A stretch of 64,000 bases of DNA, taken from an uncultured Bacilli bacterium (lineage in GTDB: Bacteria; Bacillota_I; Bacilli_A; RF39; UBA660). Shown one piece after another: positions 1 through 10,751 of the stretch. The stretch covers positions 42,214 through 106,213 of the forward strand of contig CALVIX010000005.1 in the NCBI GenBank assembly GCA_944331895.1, given 5' to 3'. Both the position numbers and the translations under genes were made by a program. Numbering within the stretch: position 1 is the stretch's first letter; the number at the start of each line of letters is the position of its first letter. A model generated the notes under the pieces. It was not told the origin of the DNA. It searched no databases and worked only from the letters and a program-made list of their open reading frames with translations.

Positions 1-112
1 AGAAATTATTATTACCGAGTTACAACCGGAAGGAAAAAAGAGAATGAAGGCAATTGATTATATCAATGGTGTTAGCAATCATACGACGTTGATTGGAAAG
101 ATATTTGAATAA
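1..112 (+). CDS. fmt: 3' end of methionyl-tRNA formyltransferase (partial, enters from upstream)
   Basis: Frame 2 reads EIIITELQPEGKKRMKAIDYINGVSNHTTLIGKIFE*. The LQ-EGKK-M-A-D-INGV tail resembles the conserved Fmt C-terminus. Absent from the ORF track because it has no start in the window. Confidence 0.55.
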   Translation, partial: EIIITELQPEGKKRMKAIDYINGVSNHTTLIGKIFE

Positions 113-124
113 AAGAGGGATGTT

Positions 125-862
125 ATGAAGAAGTTGATAGAGAGTTTAAAAACGGCAAAGAATACGTTTCAGATGTTGTGGGCAAATCGCAGAACGAGGG
201 CCGCAATTATTTTAGCGTTCTATTTCTTCTTCTTTTTGTTTATTATCGTATCTCTTCGTATGAGACCAGATCGTCCTCTTTCTGGTCAAACATCAGAAGA
301 TAAAAACGAGGTTTCGTTTGCGACAGCGGATAATTACGAATATGATATGACGATTACGCATCGTTCTAATACAGTTACGAATACGTTTCTTTTATCGGGA
401 ACGAGATATCAAGAGAAACATAGACTGCAAACACAGGATAGTCTGCAGCCATACTATGTTAAAGATGATGGAATTTATACTGTGACAAATGGATTGGAAA
501 CTTTGACGTCAATCAACTATGGAATTAACTTATATCGGTTGAATCCAGCTTTATTTTCATCGATGATCGAAGAGGCGGAGTTGCAATCGACGATAGAGTA
601 CGAAGATGGAATCGAGTATTTATATCAGTTGCCACTTTCTAAATTCTTATCTTTTTACGATCCTAACAATCTTTTGTTATCTACGAATTTAACGAGTAAT
701 CTTTTGTTTCAAGTAACGGAAAAAGATGGGATGTACGAGAAAGTCAACCTTGATTTAACGTCGTATTATCAACTTGTCGATCCGAATACGATATCATATA
801 TGATCGATATTACATATCGTAATATTGGAAAGGTAAAAGATTTTAAGATTGGTATAGAATAA
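125..862 (+). CDS. hypothetical membrane-anchored protein (one N-terminal TM helix)
   Basis: ORF with RBS AAGAGGGA. N-terminal hydrophobic stretch AAIILAFYFFFFLFIIVSL. No recognisable motif. Confidence 0.6.
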   Translation: MKKLIESLKTAKNTFQMLWANRRTRAAIILAFYFFFFLFIIVSLRMRPDRPLSGQTSEDKNEVSFATADNYEYDMTITHRSNTVTNTFLLSGTRYQEKHRLQTQDSLQPYYVKDDGIYTVTNGLETLTSINYGINLYRLNPALFSSMIEEAELQSTIEYEDGIEYLYQLPLSKFLSFYDPNNLLLSTNLTSNLLFQVTEKDGMYEKVNLDLTSYYQLVDPNTISYMIDITYRNIGKVKDFKIGIE

Positions 863-903
863 TATTTTTAGTGATTCTCACATACCATAGTAGGGGTGAG
901 TGC

Positions 904-1752
904 ATGCTAAAAATATTATTTTTTTGTGTATTGCTTTCATTTTCCGTATGTTATAACAAGAGTTTAATGTATTTAGTAGAACGAAGAAGCTGGGGATTCC
1001 AGTTAATTTTTTCTCTTTTTTGGATACTACCAGAACTTTTAGTTCTCTTTGTATGCTACCATATGAGAATGCCGGAAATGGTTATTTTTTCGATGATAGA
1101 ATCTTTTTTGATTCTCATGATATGTTTCGGACTTTTCCATTTTTTATTTTCTCTCTCGTTTGAAAAAAGTGCGAGTCGTGTTTATCTTATCTCACTCTTT
1201 TTATATATGATGGTTGTTTTAAATCTTTCTCTTACCAATATCGAAGAACAGATGTTGTTTGGAATATGCGTGCCAAGTTTGTTGTTTTTGGTATTTTATA
1301 TAGTTTCTCTTTTATTCGAACATGAGAAGGTCGAAATTCTTTTCATGAACGCTTCTCGGAAAAATATTCTGTGGAGTATGTTATTATTGGAATGTCTTAC
1401 CTTTTTATTTGAAATGGGGACTTGCACGAAAGAAACGTTACTTTTGATGATCGTCATTCCAAAAGGTTATGCATATTATAGATTTGCTCGTCGAAAGATA
1501 AATTTAACTTCTTCTTTTTTCTATGATGGAATGGTACGATTTTATTTAGTAGGATTATTCGACATTATATATACAAGTGGAGTAATATATCATGTAGTTT
1601 ATGATGGAACGTTAAAAATTACACAGGGAATGATTTATCTTATTTTGATGTTATATTTATATTGCTTACCACTTGTAAAAAAAGATAAATGGGTTTCTTT
1701 GTTGATTTCATTTTGTGCTTTTCTCTTGTTCTTATGGAAGGTATTTCAATAG
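904..1752 (+). CDS. hypothetical polytopic membrane protein
   Basis: Start moved to the ATG at 904, behind RBS GGGGTGA. Multiple hydrophobic helices. No family recognised. Confidence 0.55.
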   Translation: MLKILFFCVLLSFSVCYNKSLMYLVERRSWGFQLIFSLFWILPELLVLFVCYHMRMPEMVIFSMIESFLILMICFGLFHFLFSLSFEKSASRVYLISLFLYMMVVLNLSLTNIEEQMLFGICVPSLLFLVFYIVSLLFEHEKVEILFMNASRKNILWSMLLLECLTFLFEMGTCTKETLLLMIVIPKGYAYYRFARRKINLTSSFFYDGMVRFYLVGLFDIIYTSGVIYHVVYDGTLKITQGMIYLILMLYLYCLPLVKKDKWVSLLISFCAFLLFLWKVFQ

Positions 1753-1814
1753 TTCTTGCCAAAACATGTGATATGTGATAAATTAGTATGTAGTGAAAAA
1801 AGGAGGGAACGCGC

Positions 1815-2027
1815 ATGGAAATTGCTTTAATCGTGATCTCAATTTTATTGATTGCCATCGCACTTTTACAAAGTGGAAAGGCAGAGAGTGCTTCACAAGC
1901 TTTAACTGGTGGTAGTGATGCATTATTCGCAAACCGTAAAGAGCGTGGTGGAGAGTTATTTATTACTAGACTTACAATGGTTTTAGGTGTTGCTTTCTTT
2001 GTGATTTGTATCGTACTTGGAATGTAG
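1815..2027 (+). CDS. secG: preprotein translocase subunit SecG
   Basis: 70 aa with two TM helices. LLQSGKAES...GGSDALF...RGGE pattern typical of SecG. Confidence 0.85.
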   Translation: MEIALIVISILLIAIALLQSGKAESASQALTGGSDALFANRKERGGELFITRLTMVLGVAFFVICIVLGM

Positions 2028-2049
2028 AAGTGGTGTTTACCACTTTTTA
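2028..2049 (+). terminator. rho-independent terminator after secG
   Basis: AAGTGGT-gttt-ACCACTT followed by a T run. Confidence 0.7.
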
Positions 2050-2138
2050 TTTTGCCTCGATTTGCAAAATAATTAAAATGATGTATAATATGTATTCCAT
2101 GCGAAAAAAACGCATAGGATAAAGAAAGGGGAAAATGT

Positions 2139-2672
2139 ATGAAAAAGACAAACATTGATGTAAAACCGTGGGAAGCATATGATACGATCGATCACCAACA
2201 TGCCGATATGTGGGATGAGAAGATATATGAGCAGAATGAAAAGATAAAGGCAATTTATGAGGAATTGAAGTTACTTCAACTTCAAAATAAAGCACGTTTA
2301 GACCGTGGTATTCACATGATAAGGGACGATGAGATTACTACTGATCTTCCTTACTTGTATCAAGCATATCACAATGAGAAAAAAGGAGAGTTTCAATTTT
2401 TTGATTACATGCCGAAAGTTCCAAAATATGTTAACATGACATTTATCTTAAGAGCGTATGAAAGAATGCTTTTAGAGTGTCGTATGTTGCAAGATTTTTA
2501 TCGTGTGATGCAAAAGAAAACGGAAGGGCAACCATTAGAAGATATAATGATGATTCCTCAGGACCAATTAGTATCAGTTACATGTTATGAACAAGTAGAA
2601 GATAATACTTCATTTGTTTTGAATGTACCGAGAAAATCATATGAAAAACCGGTTCAAAAAGTCAGAAAATAA
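2139..2672 (+). CDS. hypothetical cytoplasmic protein
   Basis: ORF with RBS AAAGGGGA and a terminator hairpin downstream (AAATTGTACG..CGTGCAATTT + T run). Confidence 0.6.
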   Translation: MKKTNIDVKPWEAYDTIDHQHADMWDEKIYEQNEKIKAIYEELKLLQLQNKARLDRGIHMIRDDEITTDLPYLYQAYHNEKKGEFQFFDYMPKVPKYVNMTFILRAYERMLLECRMLQDFYRVMQKKTEGQPLEDIMMIPQDQLVSVTCYEQVEDNTSFVLNVPRKSYEKPVQKVRK

Positions 2673-2778
2673 AAAAATTGTACGAGATCGTGCAATTTTT
2701 TTGTTGAAATTAGCATTCTCGTACGTTTTTCTTTTGCCTTTTTTCTAAACTTTGATATAATGGTTTTAGGGTGTAAGT

Positions 2779-3804
2779 ATGAAGAGTATCTATGACAAAA
2801 CATTAGCTGAGTTAGAAGAATATTTCGAATCGATCGGCGAAAAGAAGTTTAAAGCAAGACAACTTTACGATTGGTTATATAAAAAGAGAGTGACTTCTTT
2901 TGATGAGATGACGAATATCAAAAAGGAATTACGGACTTTTATCGCTTCGACTTATACGATGGAACCTTTAAAAATATTGGAACGTCAAAAGGGAGATGAC
3001 GTTGTTAAATATTTGTTTGAATTAAAGGATGGAAATAAGATCGAAGCTGTTTTAATGTTACATGACTACGGAAATAGCTTATGTGTATCAAGTCAAGTTG
3101 GATGTAATATGAGTTGTACGTTTTGCGAAAGTGGACGACTCAAAAAGGTTCGCAATCTAGATCCTTCTGAGATGGTATTGCAAATCATGATGATCGAAAA
3201 AGATTTGGATCTTACGATTACGCATCTCGTGTTAATGGGGATTGGAGAACCATTTGATAATTACGATAATGTGATGAAATTTGTCGATATTATCAATAGT
3301 CCATATGGAATCGGTTTGGGATCGCGACATATTACGATTTCCACTTGCGGAATTATCCCTAAGATTAAAGAGTTTATGCATCATGGAAAACAGGTGAACT
3401 TGGCAATCTCTCTTCATGCACCAAATGATACGTTGCGTAGTAAAATCATGCCGATCAATCGCGCATATCCTTTAGAGGAACTGATTATGACGGTTCGTGA
3501 ATACATTTCGGTTACGAATCGTCGTGTTACATTTGAATATATTTTATTACGCGATGTAAATGATACCGAAAAATGTGCTTTAGAACTATGCTCTTTATTA
3601 AAAGGAATGAATTGTTATGTCAATCTCATACCTTATAATGAGACAAGTCATATCATTTATAAAAAGAGTGAAAAGAATCAAATTATGAAATTTTACGATA
3701 TTTTAAAGAAACATCACATTCAAGTGACGATTCGAAAAGAATTCGGAACGAAAGTGAGTGCGGCTTGTGGCCAATTAAGATCAAATTATGAGGAGGGTGC
3801 CTAA
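2779..3804 (+). CDS. rlmN: 23S rRNA/tRNA m2A methyltransferase RlmN (radical SAM)
   Basis: CNMSCTFCESG radical-SAM cluster motif, conserved C-terminal GQL, and standard position upstream of prpC-prkC. Confidence 0.9.
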   Translation: MKSIYDKTLAELEEYFESIGEKKFKARQLYDWLYKKRVTSFDEMTNIKKELRTFIASTYTMEPLKILERQKGDDVVKYLFELKDGNKIEAVLMLHDYGNSLCVSSQVGCNMSCTFCESGRLKKVRNLDPSEMVLQIMMIEKDLDLTITHLVLMGIGEPFDNYDNVMKFVDIINSPYGIGLGSRHITISTCGIIPKIKEFMHHGKQVNLAISLHAPNDTLRSKIMPINRAYPLEELIMTVREYISVTNRRVTFEYILLRDVNDTEKCALELCSLLKGMNCYVNLIPYNETSHIIYKKSEKNQIMKFYDILKKHHIQVTIRKEFGTKVSAACGQLRSNYEEGA

Positions 3805-4538
3805 TGGAATTTTATTATCAGACGGATCCAGGAAAAGTAAGAGATCACAATGAAGATAGTGTGACGATTGTAAAAAATCAAAGTGGAGAATATTTGCTTG
3901 CTGTTGCAGATGGCATGGGTGGACACCGTGCCGGAGAGATCGCATCTAGTATTGTAATCGGAAATATTGGAACGCATTTCAAAGAAATGGGAAAGATCGG
4001 AACGAAGGAAGATGCGGTTCGTTGGCTGAAAGATGCAGTGAGTGAAGCTAATGTCGAAATTTATAAATATACGGCAGAACATCCTGAGAGCGAAGGAATG
4101 GGAACGACGATCGTAACGGCGATTTTAACAGATGAATTCCTTCTGTTTGGAAATTTAGGAGATAGTAGAGGATACGTTTTGAAAGATGGTAAGTTGCATC
4201 AGATTACGACGGATCATACGCTTGTGAATCTACTTGTGAAAAGTGGAGAACTTACCGAGGAGGAAGCAGAACATCATCCTCGTAAAAATGTTTTAATGAA
4301 AGCACTTGGAGCAAATACCAAGGTAGAGATGGACATCATCGATGTCGAGACAGATGTGGATGGAATTTTATTATGTAGTGACGGACTTACGAATATGTTA
4401 GATCACGATCAGATCGAAAAAGTACTAAACGAAGATTTAGAAATTGAAAAGATGGTACAAAAGTTAATTTACAAGAGTAATAATAGGGGTGGAAATGACA
4501 ACATTTCTATTGCATATTTGAAGAAAGAGGTGGCGTAG
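3804..4538 (+). CDS. prpC: PP2C-family Ser/Thr phosphatase
   Basis: AVADGMGGHRAGEIAS and CSDGL motifs. Paired with prkC. Confidence 0.9.
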   Translation: MEFYYQTDPGKVRDHNEDSVTIVKNQSGEYLLAVADGMGGHRAGEIASSIVIGNIGTHFKEMGKIGTKEDAVRWLKDAVSEANVEIYKYTAEHPESEGMGTTIVTAILTDEFLLFGNLGDSRGYVLKDGKLHQITTDHTLVNLLVKSGELTEEEAEHHPRKNVLMKALGANTKVEMDIIDVETDVDGILLCSDGLTNMLDHDQIEKVLNEDLEIEKMVQKLIYKSNNRGGNDNISIAYLKKEVA

Positions 4539-4539
4539 T

Positions 4540-6321
4540 GTGATTGTGAAAGGGCAAAAGATAAACGACCGTTATCAGATTATTCGCAGTATTGGAGAAG
4601 GTGGGATGGCCAATGTATATCTTGCCTACGATACGATTTTAGATAGAAATGTAGCTGTTAAGATTTTGCGTGGAGATCTTGCAGATGATGATAAATTTGT
4701 TCGAAAATTTCAAAGAGAAGCGATCAGTGCTAGTAGTTTGAGTCATCCGAATATCGTCGAGGTGTACGATGTTGGAGAGGACGATGGAAAATACTTTATC
4801 GTTATGGAGTATGTCGATGGACGTACGCTCAAGAGTTTGATTAAAAAACGTGGAGCTTTAACGTTGCCAGAAGTGATCGACATTATGTTACAACTGACGA
4901 GTGCGATTGCGCATGCACATGATAGTTATATTATCCACCGCGATATTAAGCCACAAAATGTCTTGATTTTAGATGATGGAATGGTAAAGATTACGGACTT
5001 TGGAATTGCGATGGCTTTAAATAGTAATGAATTGACACAGACCAATTCTGTGATGGGATCTGTTCATTATTTACCACCAGAACAAGCAAATGGTAGTGGT
5101 TCGACGATTAAGAGTGATATTTATTCGCTTGGTGTTTTGATGTTTGAACTTTTGACTGGAAAAGTACCATTCAAGGGAGATAACGCAGTTGAAATTGCAA
5201 TCAAACAGATGAAAGAACCAATTCCAAGTGTGTGTAAAATCAATCCAGAAATTCCACAGAGCGTCGAAAATATCATTTTGAAAGCGTGTGCGAAAAATCC
5301 TAAAAATCGTTATGAGAATGTACGAGAGATGCATGAGGATTTGAAAACATGTCTTTCTAAGGAAAGATTACACGAAGCGCGCAGTACTTATCAATATGCA
5401 GAGCAAGAAGTAGACGAGGGAACGAAACGTCTTCCGAATTTAAGTCGTCTCGATCATAGCAAAGCGCTGGATGAGTTAGAAGAGGAAGAAAAGAAAGACA
5501 AAAATACAAATCGTGCTCTTATCATTACTGGAGCAATTTGTGCGGCACTTGCAGTTCTCTTGATCGCATTCTTCTTCATCATTCCGAAACTTACAAATAG
5601 CAAAGAAGTAGAAGTTCCAGATGTGACAGAGATGACAGAAGCACAAGCAGAGCATGCACTGGAATCTGCCGGATTAGAAGTTGCAACCAAGACGAAGAGT
5701 GAATATAGTGATGACGTTGAAGAGGATAAAGTAATTAAAACGGAACCTTCTAAAAATAGAAGTGTCAAAAAAGGAACGAAAGTTACACTCATTTTATCTA
5801 AGGGTAAGAAAACATTCAAAGTAGAAAATTATGTTGGAAAAAACTACTATGAGGTAAAAGCTCAATTAGAAGCAAAAGGAATCAATGTTTTAACAGAAAC
5901 GAAAGAAGTATCAAATGAAGAAGGTGCTCAAGAAAATATTATTTTAGAACAGAAGACAGCTTCTGGGGCACAACTTGAAGTTGGAACGAAGTTATCGAAG
6001 GGAGATACAGTGACGTTAGTCATCCCTGATATTTATACGCAGTATCCTGATTTTGTCAACGATCATTGGAATTTGAGTAATGTTCAAAATTTCTGTAACG
6101 AGCACAATATCGTTTTAAATATCGAATATAAAGAGACGAATGATTATATAGAGGGAACGATTATTTCTCAATCTCGTGTTGCAGGAAGTAAGGTTGTTGC
6201 GAATACCGCATTGAAAGTTGTCGTTACCAAGGCAAAACCAACGCCAACACCGACACCTACACCAAGTCCAACGCCAACTCCATCCTCACCAGATTCAAAC
6301 ACTACTACTCCAGGAGTGTAA
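4540..6321 (+). CDS. prkC: PASTA-domain Ser/Thr protein kinase
   Basis: GEGGMANVY glycine loop, HRDIKPQN catalytic loop, DFG, one TM helix, three PASTA-like repeats and a Pro/Thr-rich C-terminal tail. GTG start. Confidence 0.9.
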   Translation: MIVKGQKINDRYQIIRSIGEGGMANVYLAYDTILDRNVAVKILRGDLADDDKFVRKFQREAISASSLSHPNIVEVYDVGEDDGKYFIVMEYVDGRTLKSLIKKRGALTLPEVIDIMLQLTSAIAHAHDSYIIHRDIKPQNVLILDDGMVKITDFGIAMALNSNELTQTNSVMGSVHYLPPEQANGSGSTIKSDIYSLGVLMFELLTGKVPFKGDNAVEIAIKQMKEPIPSVCKINPEIPQSVENIILKACAKNPKNRYENVREMHEDLKTCLSKERLHEARSTYQYAEQEVDEGTKRLPNLSRLDHSKALDELEEEEKKDKNTNRALIITGAICAALAVLLIAFFFIIPKLTNSKEVEVPDVTEMTEAQAEHALESAGLEVATKTKSEYSDDVEEDKVIKTEPSKNRSVKKGTKVTLILSKGKKTFKVENYVGKNYYEVKAQLEAKGINVLTETKEVSNEEGAQENIILEQKTASGAQLEVGTKLSKGDTVTLVIPDIYTQYPDFVNDHWNLSNVQNFCNEHNIVLNIEYKETNDYIEGTIISQSRVAGSKVVANTALKVVVTKAKPTPTPTPTPSPTPTPSSPDSNTTTPGV

Positions 6322-6322
6322 G

Positions 6323-7180
6323 ATGGAACAAGGTAGAATTATTAAACTTGTCAGCAATGATTATACTGTATTGAAAGATGGAAAAGAATATGTGTGTAAA
6401 TCGAGGGGAAAGTTTCGTAAGATGAAGCTTTCTCCTCTTGTTGGAGATATCGTTAAATTTGATCAAGGGCAACATTATATTTTAGAAGTATGTCCACGAA
6501 AAAATGAACTTGTGAGACCTCCTGTTAGCAATGTCGATCAAGTTGTCATCGTTACGAGTGTGAAAGAACCAGAGTTACAGACGAATTTACTCGACAAGTT
6601 ACTTTTAACTGTTTCTTACCATCGGATGAAACCTATTATATGTTTTACGAAACTCGATTTACTGACGAGAGAAGAGTGTGAGCAAGTGAGACCAATATTA
6701 CAATATTATGAGAAAATTGGATATGAGGTTTACTTTAATACAGAGTTAGATGAGATCATAACGTTATTCGATGGGAAGGTAACTGCTTTTACAGGGCAAA
6801 GTGGTGCTGGAAAATCAACATTGCTCAATCGATTAGATACAAAATTACATTTGGCAACGGGTGAAATTTCTCTCGCATTAGGAAGAGGAAGGCATACGAC
6901 GAGACATGTTGAACTTTTACCAATTGGAAATGGACTGGTTGCGGATACTCCAGGATTTTCTTCGATATCTTTTCGCGGTATGAAGAAACAAGAATTGAAG
7001 GACTATTTTATCGAATTTCAAAAATATCAATCTGAATGTAGGTATAAAGATTGTATGCACGATAAAGATGATCATTGTAAGATCAAAGAGCTTGTGAAAG
7101 ATGGAGTTATTTTAAAAAGTCGTTATGACAATTACATTAAATTTTTAAGAGAAAAAGAAATGGAAAAAGAAAGTTGGTGA
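6323..7180 (+). CDS. rsgA: ribosome small-subunit-dependent GTPase A
   Basis: Start trimmed to the ATG at 6323 (MEQGRIIK). GQSGAGKSTL P-loop and C-terminal Cys/His zinc motif (CRYKDCMHDKDDHC). Confidence 0.9.
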   Translation: MEQGRIIKLVSNDYTVLKDGKEYVCKSRGKFRKMKLSPLVGDIVKFDQGQHYILEVCPRKNELVRPPVSNVDQVVIVTSVKEPELQTNLLDKLLLTVSYHRMKPIICFTKLDLLTREECEQVRPILQYYEKIGYEVYFNTELDEIITLFDGKVTAFTGQSGAGKSTLLNRLDTKLHLATGEISLALGRGRHTTRHVELLPIGNGLVADTPGFSSISFRGMKKQELKDYFIEFQKYQSECRYKDCMHDKDDHCKIKELVKDGVILKSRYDNYIKFLREKEMEKESW

Positions 7181-7183
7181 TGT

Positions 7184-7828
7184 ATGAAAGTATCTGCTTC
7201 CTTTTTATCGATAGAAGATCGTTTAGAAGACAGGCTTCGTGTACTAGCAAATGCGAAACCGGATTATTTACATCTCGATATAATGGATGGCATCTTTGTA
7301 CCACGTAAAACATGGTCTAAAGATGAGATGAAAGTGCTTTTAAAAGATATTGATACACCATTGGATGTTCATTTGATGGTCGAAGATATCGAGAAATACG
7401 CAAGAGAGTTTTCAGAGTTACACCCTGAATTTATCACATTTCACATTGAAGCAACTCGTCGCCCTGAAGAGATCATTCGCTTTATTCATCATTTGGGATG
7501 TAAAGTAGGAATTACTTTAAATCCCAATACGTCATTAGAAAATATTATCCCTTATTTAGGGAAAGTAGATCTTGTTTTAGTGATGAGTGTCGAAGCAGGA
7601 GCTGGTGGACAAGAATTTATTCAAAATAGTATCGACCGCATTCATCGTTTAGAAGATATTCGAAAGCAAAATCAGTATACGTACTTGATCGAAGTCGATG
7701 GTGGAATTAACGAAGTAACTGCTTTTTATTGTAGAAATGCAGATATTCTCGTTGCGGGAAGTTATATTACAAAAAGTGATAATTATACTCAGGCAATCGA
7801 GGAACTTTTACAAGCAAGTGAAAAATAA
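7184..7828 (+). CDS. rpe: ribulose-phosphate 3-epimerase
   Basis: HLDIMDGIFVP and VMSVEAGAGGQEF motifs. Conserved position after rsgA. Confidence 0.85.
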   Translation: MKVSASFLSIEDRLEDRLRVLANAKPDYLHLDIMDGIFVPRKTWSKDEMKVLLKDIDTPLDVHLMVEDIEKYAREFSELHPEFITFHIEATRRPEEIIRFIHHLGCKVGITLNPNTSLENIIPYLGKVDLVLVMSVEAGAGGQEFIQNSIDRIHRLEDIRKQNQYTYLIEVDGGINEVTAFYCRNADILVAGSYITKSDNYTQAIEELLQASEK

Positions 7829-7953
7829 GAACTGATGTACAGTCTTATTTTTTGTTTTGAAAAAAGAGCACTACATATGTGACATTTTTGTAATTGATAA
7901 ATCATAAGAAAAGTGCTATACTGGATAAAGGTTAATATTGAGGTGAAAAAGAA

Positions 7954-9999
7954 ATGAAAAAAGTGGTGAATCAGCTTCGTGTTTTATTTGGAAAGGCGAA
8001 GATCAATTCAAAGTCATATATGAAGACGAACGTATTGTTTTTTACTTTTGTTATTACATCTCTTTTAAATGCGAGTTTACTTAGATTTTTAACTGTAAAA
8101 AACTACTTCGATATCAAGCCAGTGATCGCCGATCTTGCCGTCGTTGTGATCGTGGGAGCATTCGGATATTTTATTAAACCGAAAAATCAATTTAAGTATT
8201 ATTTTGCTTGGTCGATCTTTTTTACAGCACTTTGTATTATCAATTCTATGTATTATACAAATTATTTATCTTTTGCATCACTTTCATTACTTGCAACGTC
8301 ATTGCAAGTTGTCGATGTAGGGGATGCGGTTGTAAAAAATGTCATGGAATTAAAAGATTTCTGTTATCTCTGGCAAATTCTAGCCATGATTTTAGTCAAT
8401 AGTTCCTTAAAGAAAAAGCAATATTATGACATGGTTGCAAAAGTGGAAGTCGGAAAAATTAGAGCCCTCAATACGCTGGTATTTGGACTCGTACTGATTG
8501 GATTTTTCATTTCTACTTTAACTAGCGTTGATATTAGTCGTTTAGGAAAACAGTGGAATCGTGAATTTGTCGTTATGAAGTTTGGTATTTTTACATACCA
8601 AGTAAACGATGTTATCGCAAGTTTAAAACCACAGATTAGTCCTTTATTCGGATACGACGAAAAAGCGAGAGAATTTAGAGAGTATTATGAAAATAGAGAT
8701 AATACGAAAAAGACGAACGAATATACCGATATTTTTAAAGGAAAGAATCTCTTGATGATCCATGCAGAGAGCATGATGTCATACTTACTCGATACGGAAT
8801 TTAATGGTGTACAGGTAGCACCTAATTTAAAACGGTTAGCGAGTGAAGGGTTGTATTTTTCTAATTTCTACGCACAGGAAAGTGTGGGAACAAGTAGCGA
8901 TAGCGAATTTACATTAAATACATCTCTCATGCCAGCTACAAACGGAACAGTATTCGTAAGTTATTGGGATCGCGAATTCGTGACGATTCCAAAAATATTA
9001 AAAGAACAGGGATATTATACATTTAGTATGCATGGTAATAAAGGAAGTATGTGGAACCGTTCTGTCGTGCATACAAAGACATTTGGATACGATAAATTCT
9101 ACAATTATAAAGAAGATTTTAAGATCGATGAAACAATTGGATTAGGTCTTTCTGATAAATCGTTCTTTAGACAGGCAGTGCCAAAGATTAAGAAGATAGA
9201 GGAGAAACATCAAAACTTCTATGGTACGATGATTATGCTTTCTAATCATACACCGTTTGATGACGTGGAACACTTGGATACAACTTTGGATGTTACGATG
9301 AAATATCAGAAAGTAAATGAAGAAACTGGTGCAACAGAAGAGGCATTCGCACCATATATGGAAGGAACGATCTTAGGAAATTACTTCAAATCAGCACATT
9401 ATGCGGACGCGGCTATCGGACAGTTTATGGATGACTTAGATAAAGCTGGCATTTTGGATAATACAGTTGTCGTTATTTATGGAGATCACGATTCTAAATT
9501 AAAGAAGAGTGAGTATGATAGATTCTATAACTACGATCCTGCAACAGATTCAATAAAATCAAAAGAAGATCCAACATATAAAGAAGTAGATTTCTATCAA
9601 TATGAATTAAATCGTAAAGTACCACTCATTATCTGGTCAAAAGATAAAAAATTCGAAAAAGAGGTAACTGAAGTGATGGGAATGTACGATGTGCTTCCAA
9701 CACTTGGAAATATGTTTGGTTTCTATAGTCCATATCAATTAGGACATGATATTTTCAGTGTAGATGAGAATATTGTTGTTTTCCCAGATGGCAATTGGCT
9801 CACGAATAAGATGTATTACAATAGTCAAAAAGAAGAAGGAAAACCTTTAACGAATGAACCAGTAAGCGTCGAATATATTCAAAAATATAATGAATATACA
9901 GAAAAATTATTATCTGTTTCAGATTCTATTATCGTATACGATTTGATTAAGAAGACGAATGAAACAGAGAAATTGTTAGAACAATATCAACAAAATTAA
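7954..9999 (+). CDS. ltaS: LtaS-family lipoteichoic acid synthase (sulfatase domain)
   Basis: Five N-terminal TM helices plus an extracellular sulfatase-like domain (ESVGTSSDSEF, YGDHD). Confidence 0.8.
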   Translation: MKKVVNQLRVLFGKAKINSKSYMKTNVLFFTFVITSLLNASLLRFLTVKNYFDIKPVIADLAVVVIVGAFGYFIKPKNQFKYYFAWSIFFTALCIINSMYYTNYLSFASLSLLATSLQVVDVGDAVVKNVMELKDFCYLWQILAMILVNSSLKKKQYYDMVAKVEVGKIRALNTLVFGLVLIGFFISTLTSVDISRLGKQWNREFVVMKFGIFTYQVNDVIASLKPQISPLFGYDEKAREFREYYENRDNTKKTNEYTDIFKGKNLLMIHAESMMSYLLDTEFNGVQVAPNLKRLASEGLYFSNFYAQESVGTSSDSEFTLNTSLMPATNGTVFVSYWDREFVTIPKILKEQGYYTFSMHGNKGSMWNRSVVHTKTFGYDKFYNYKEDFKIDETIGLGLSDKSFFRQAVPKIKKIEEKHQNFYGTMIMLSNHTPFDDVEHLDTTLDVTMKYQKVNEETGATEEAFAPYMEGTILGNYFKSAHYADAAIGQFMDDLDKAGILDNTVVVIYGDHDSKLKKSEYDRFYNYDPATDSIKSKEDPTYKEVDFYQYELNRKVPLIIWSKDKKFEKEVTEVMGMYDVLPTLGNMFGFYSPYQLGHDIFSVDENIVVFPDGNWLTNKMYYNSQKEEGKPLTNEPVSVEYIQKYNEYTEKLLSVSDSIIVYDLIKKTNETEKLLEQYQQN

Positions 10000-10008
10000 G
10001 GGGAATGT

Positions 10009-10647
10009 ATGAAAAAGAAGAGAAAATTAAGTAAAAAGAAAATTACGAGATTCATTATTTTAATGATTGTCATTGTCGCACTTTGTGTTGGCGTATTCTT
10101 CGCAGTAAAAACTTTTCTAGGTGGAAAGAAAGAGACGGAAGTAAAAGTTGTCGACAATATCGAAAAGTATGGATATACACTAGATGAAAATGAAACAAAG
10201 TATTATAAATCATTATTTGAAGATTTGAAGAAGACGTTGAATGCAGATGAAGTCGATGAAGAAAAATATGCTTCTCTCATCACGCAATTATTCTTAACTG
10301 ATTTCTTCAACTTAGAAAATAAAATTTCTAAGAACGACGTAGGTGGGATACAGTTTGTATATACTGATTTCCAAGGAGATTTTCAAAAGTATGCGAAAGA
10401 TCATGTGTATCAATATCTAGAAAACGATACATATGACGATCGTAAACAGGAACTACCAAAAGTAAGTGCAGTAGACATTGTCAATGTAGAACAGTCTAGT
10501 TTTGAGTATTTAGATCAAGTAGATGAAGAAGCATATGTCGTAGAAGCGAAGATTTCTTATGAAGAAGATATGGAATATCAAACAACTGCAACGCTTACTT
10601 TAGTACATCGTGAAAATAAATTAGAAATCGCAAAGATGTCAAAATAA
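10009..10647 (+). CDS. hypothetical membrane-anchored extracytoplasmic protein
   Basis: Basic N-terminus plus a single TM helix. Nine nt after ltaS, so probably co-transcribed. Confidence 0.55.
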   Translation: MKKKRKLSKKKITRFIILMIVIVALCVGVFFAVKTFLGGKKETEVKVVDNIEKYGYTLDENETKYYKSLFEDLKKTLNADEVDEEKYASLITQLFLTDFFNLENKISKNDVGGIQFVYTDFQGDFQKYAKDHVYQYLENDTYDDRKQELPKVSAVDIVNVEQSSFEYLDQVDEEAYVVEAKISYEEDMEYQTTATLTLVHRENKLEIAKMSK

Positions 10648-10649
10648 AA

Positions 10650-10679
10650 GTGGTAAGAAAGCTTGCTTACCGCTTTTTC
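10650..10679 (+). terminator. rho-independent terminator
   Basis: GTGGTAAG-aaagcttg-CTTACCGC (one G-U pair) followed by TTTTT. Confidence 0.65.
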
Positions 10680-10751
10680 TTGCTTTTTCTTGTCAAAGAA
10701 TAGGAATATTGATATAATAATGGTAGTGAGAATAAACAAGAGGTGTGAGTT

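Noticed and set aside
1640-2295. Minus-strand ORFs 1640-2155 (171 aa) and 2047-2295 (82 aa)
   Set aside because: They are antisense to secG, its terminator and the 2139 gene. They have no RBS and a low-complexity composition. These are shadow ORFs of an AT-rich genome.
6237-6300. ACN-CCN repeat (PTPTPTPTPSPTPTP) as a possible tandem DNA repeat or phase-variation tract
   Set aside because: Codons are mixed (cca acg cca aca ccg aca cct ...), so the DNA is not a perfect microsatellite. It is a low-complexity linker or tail of PrkC.
6218-6322. Upstream extension of rsgA (MSLPRQNQRQHRHLH...) in the ORF track
   Set aside because: It is an alternative-frame reading of the PrkC Pro/Thr tail. RsgA homology starts at MEQGRII (6323).
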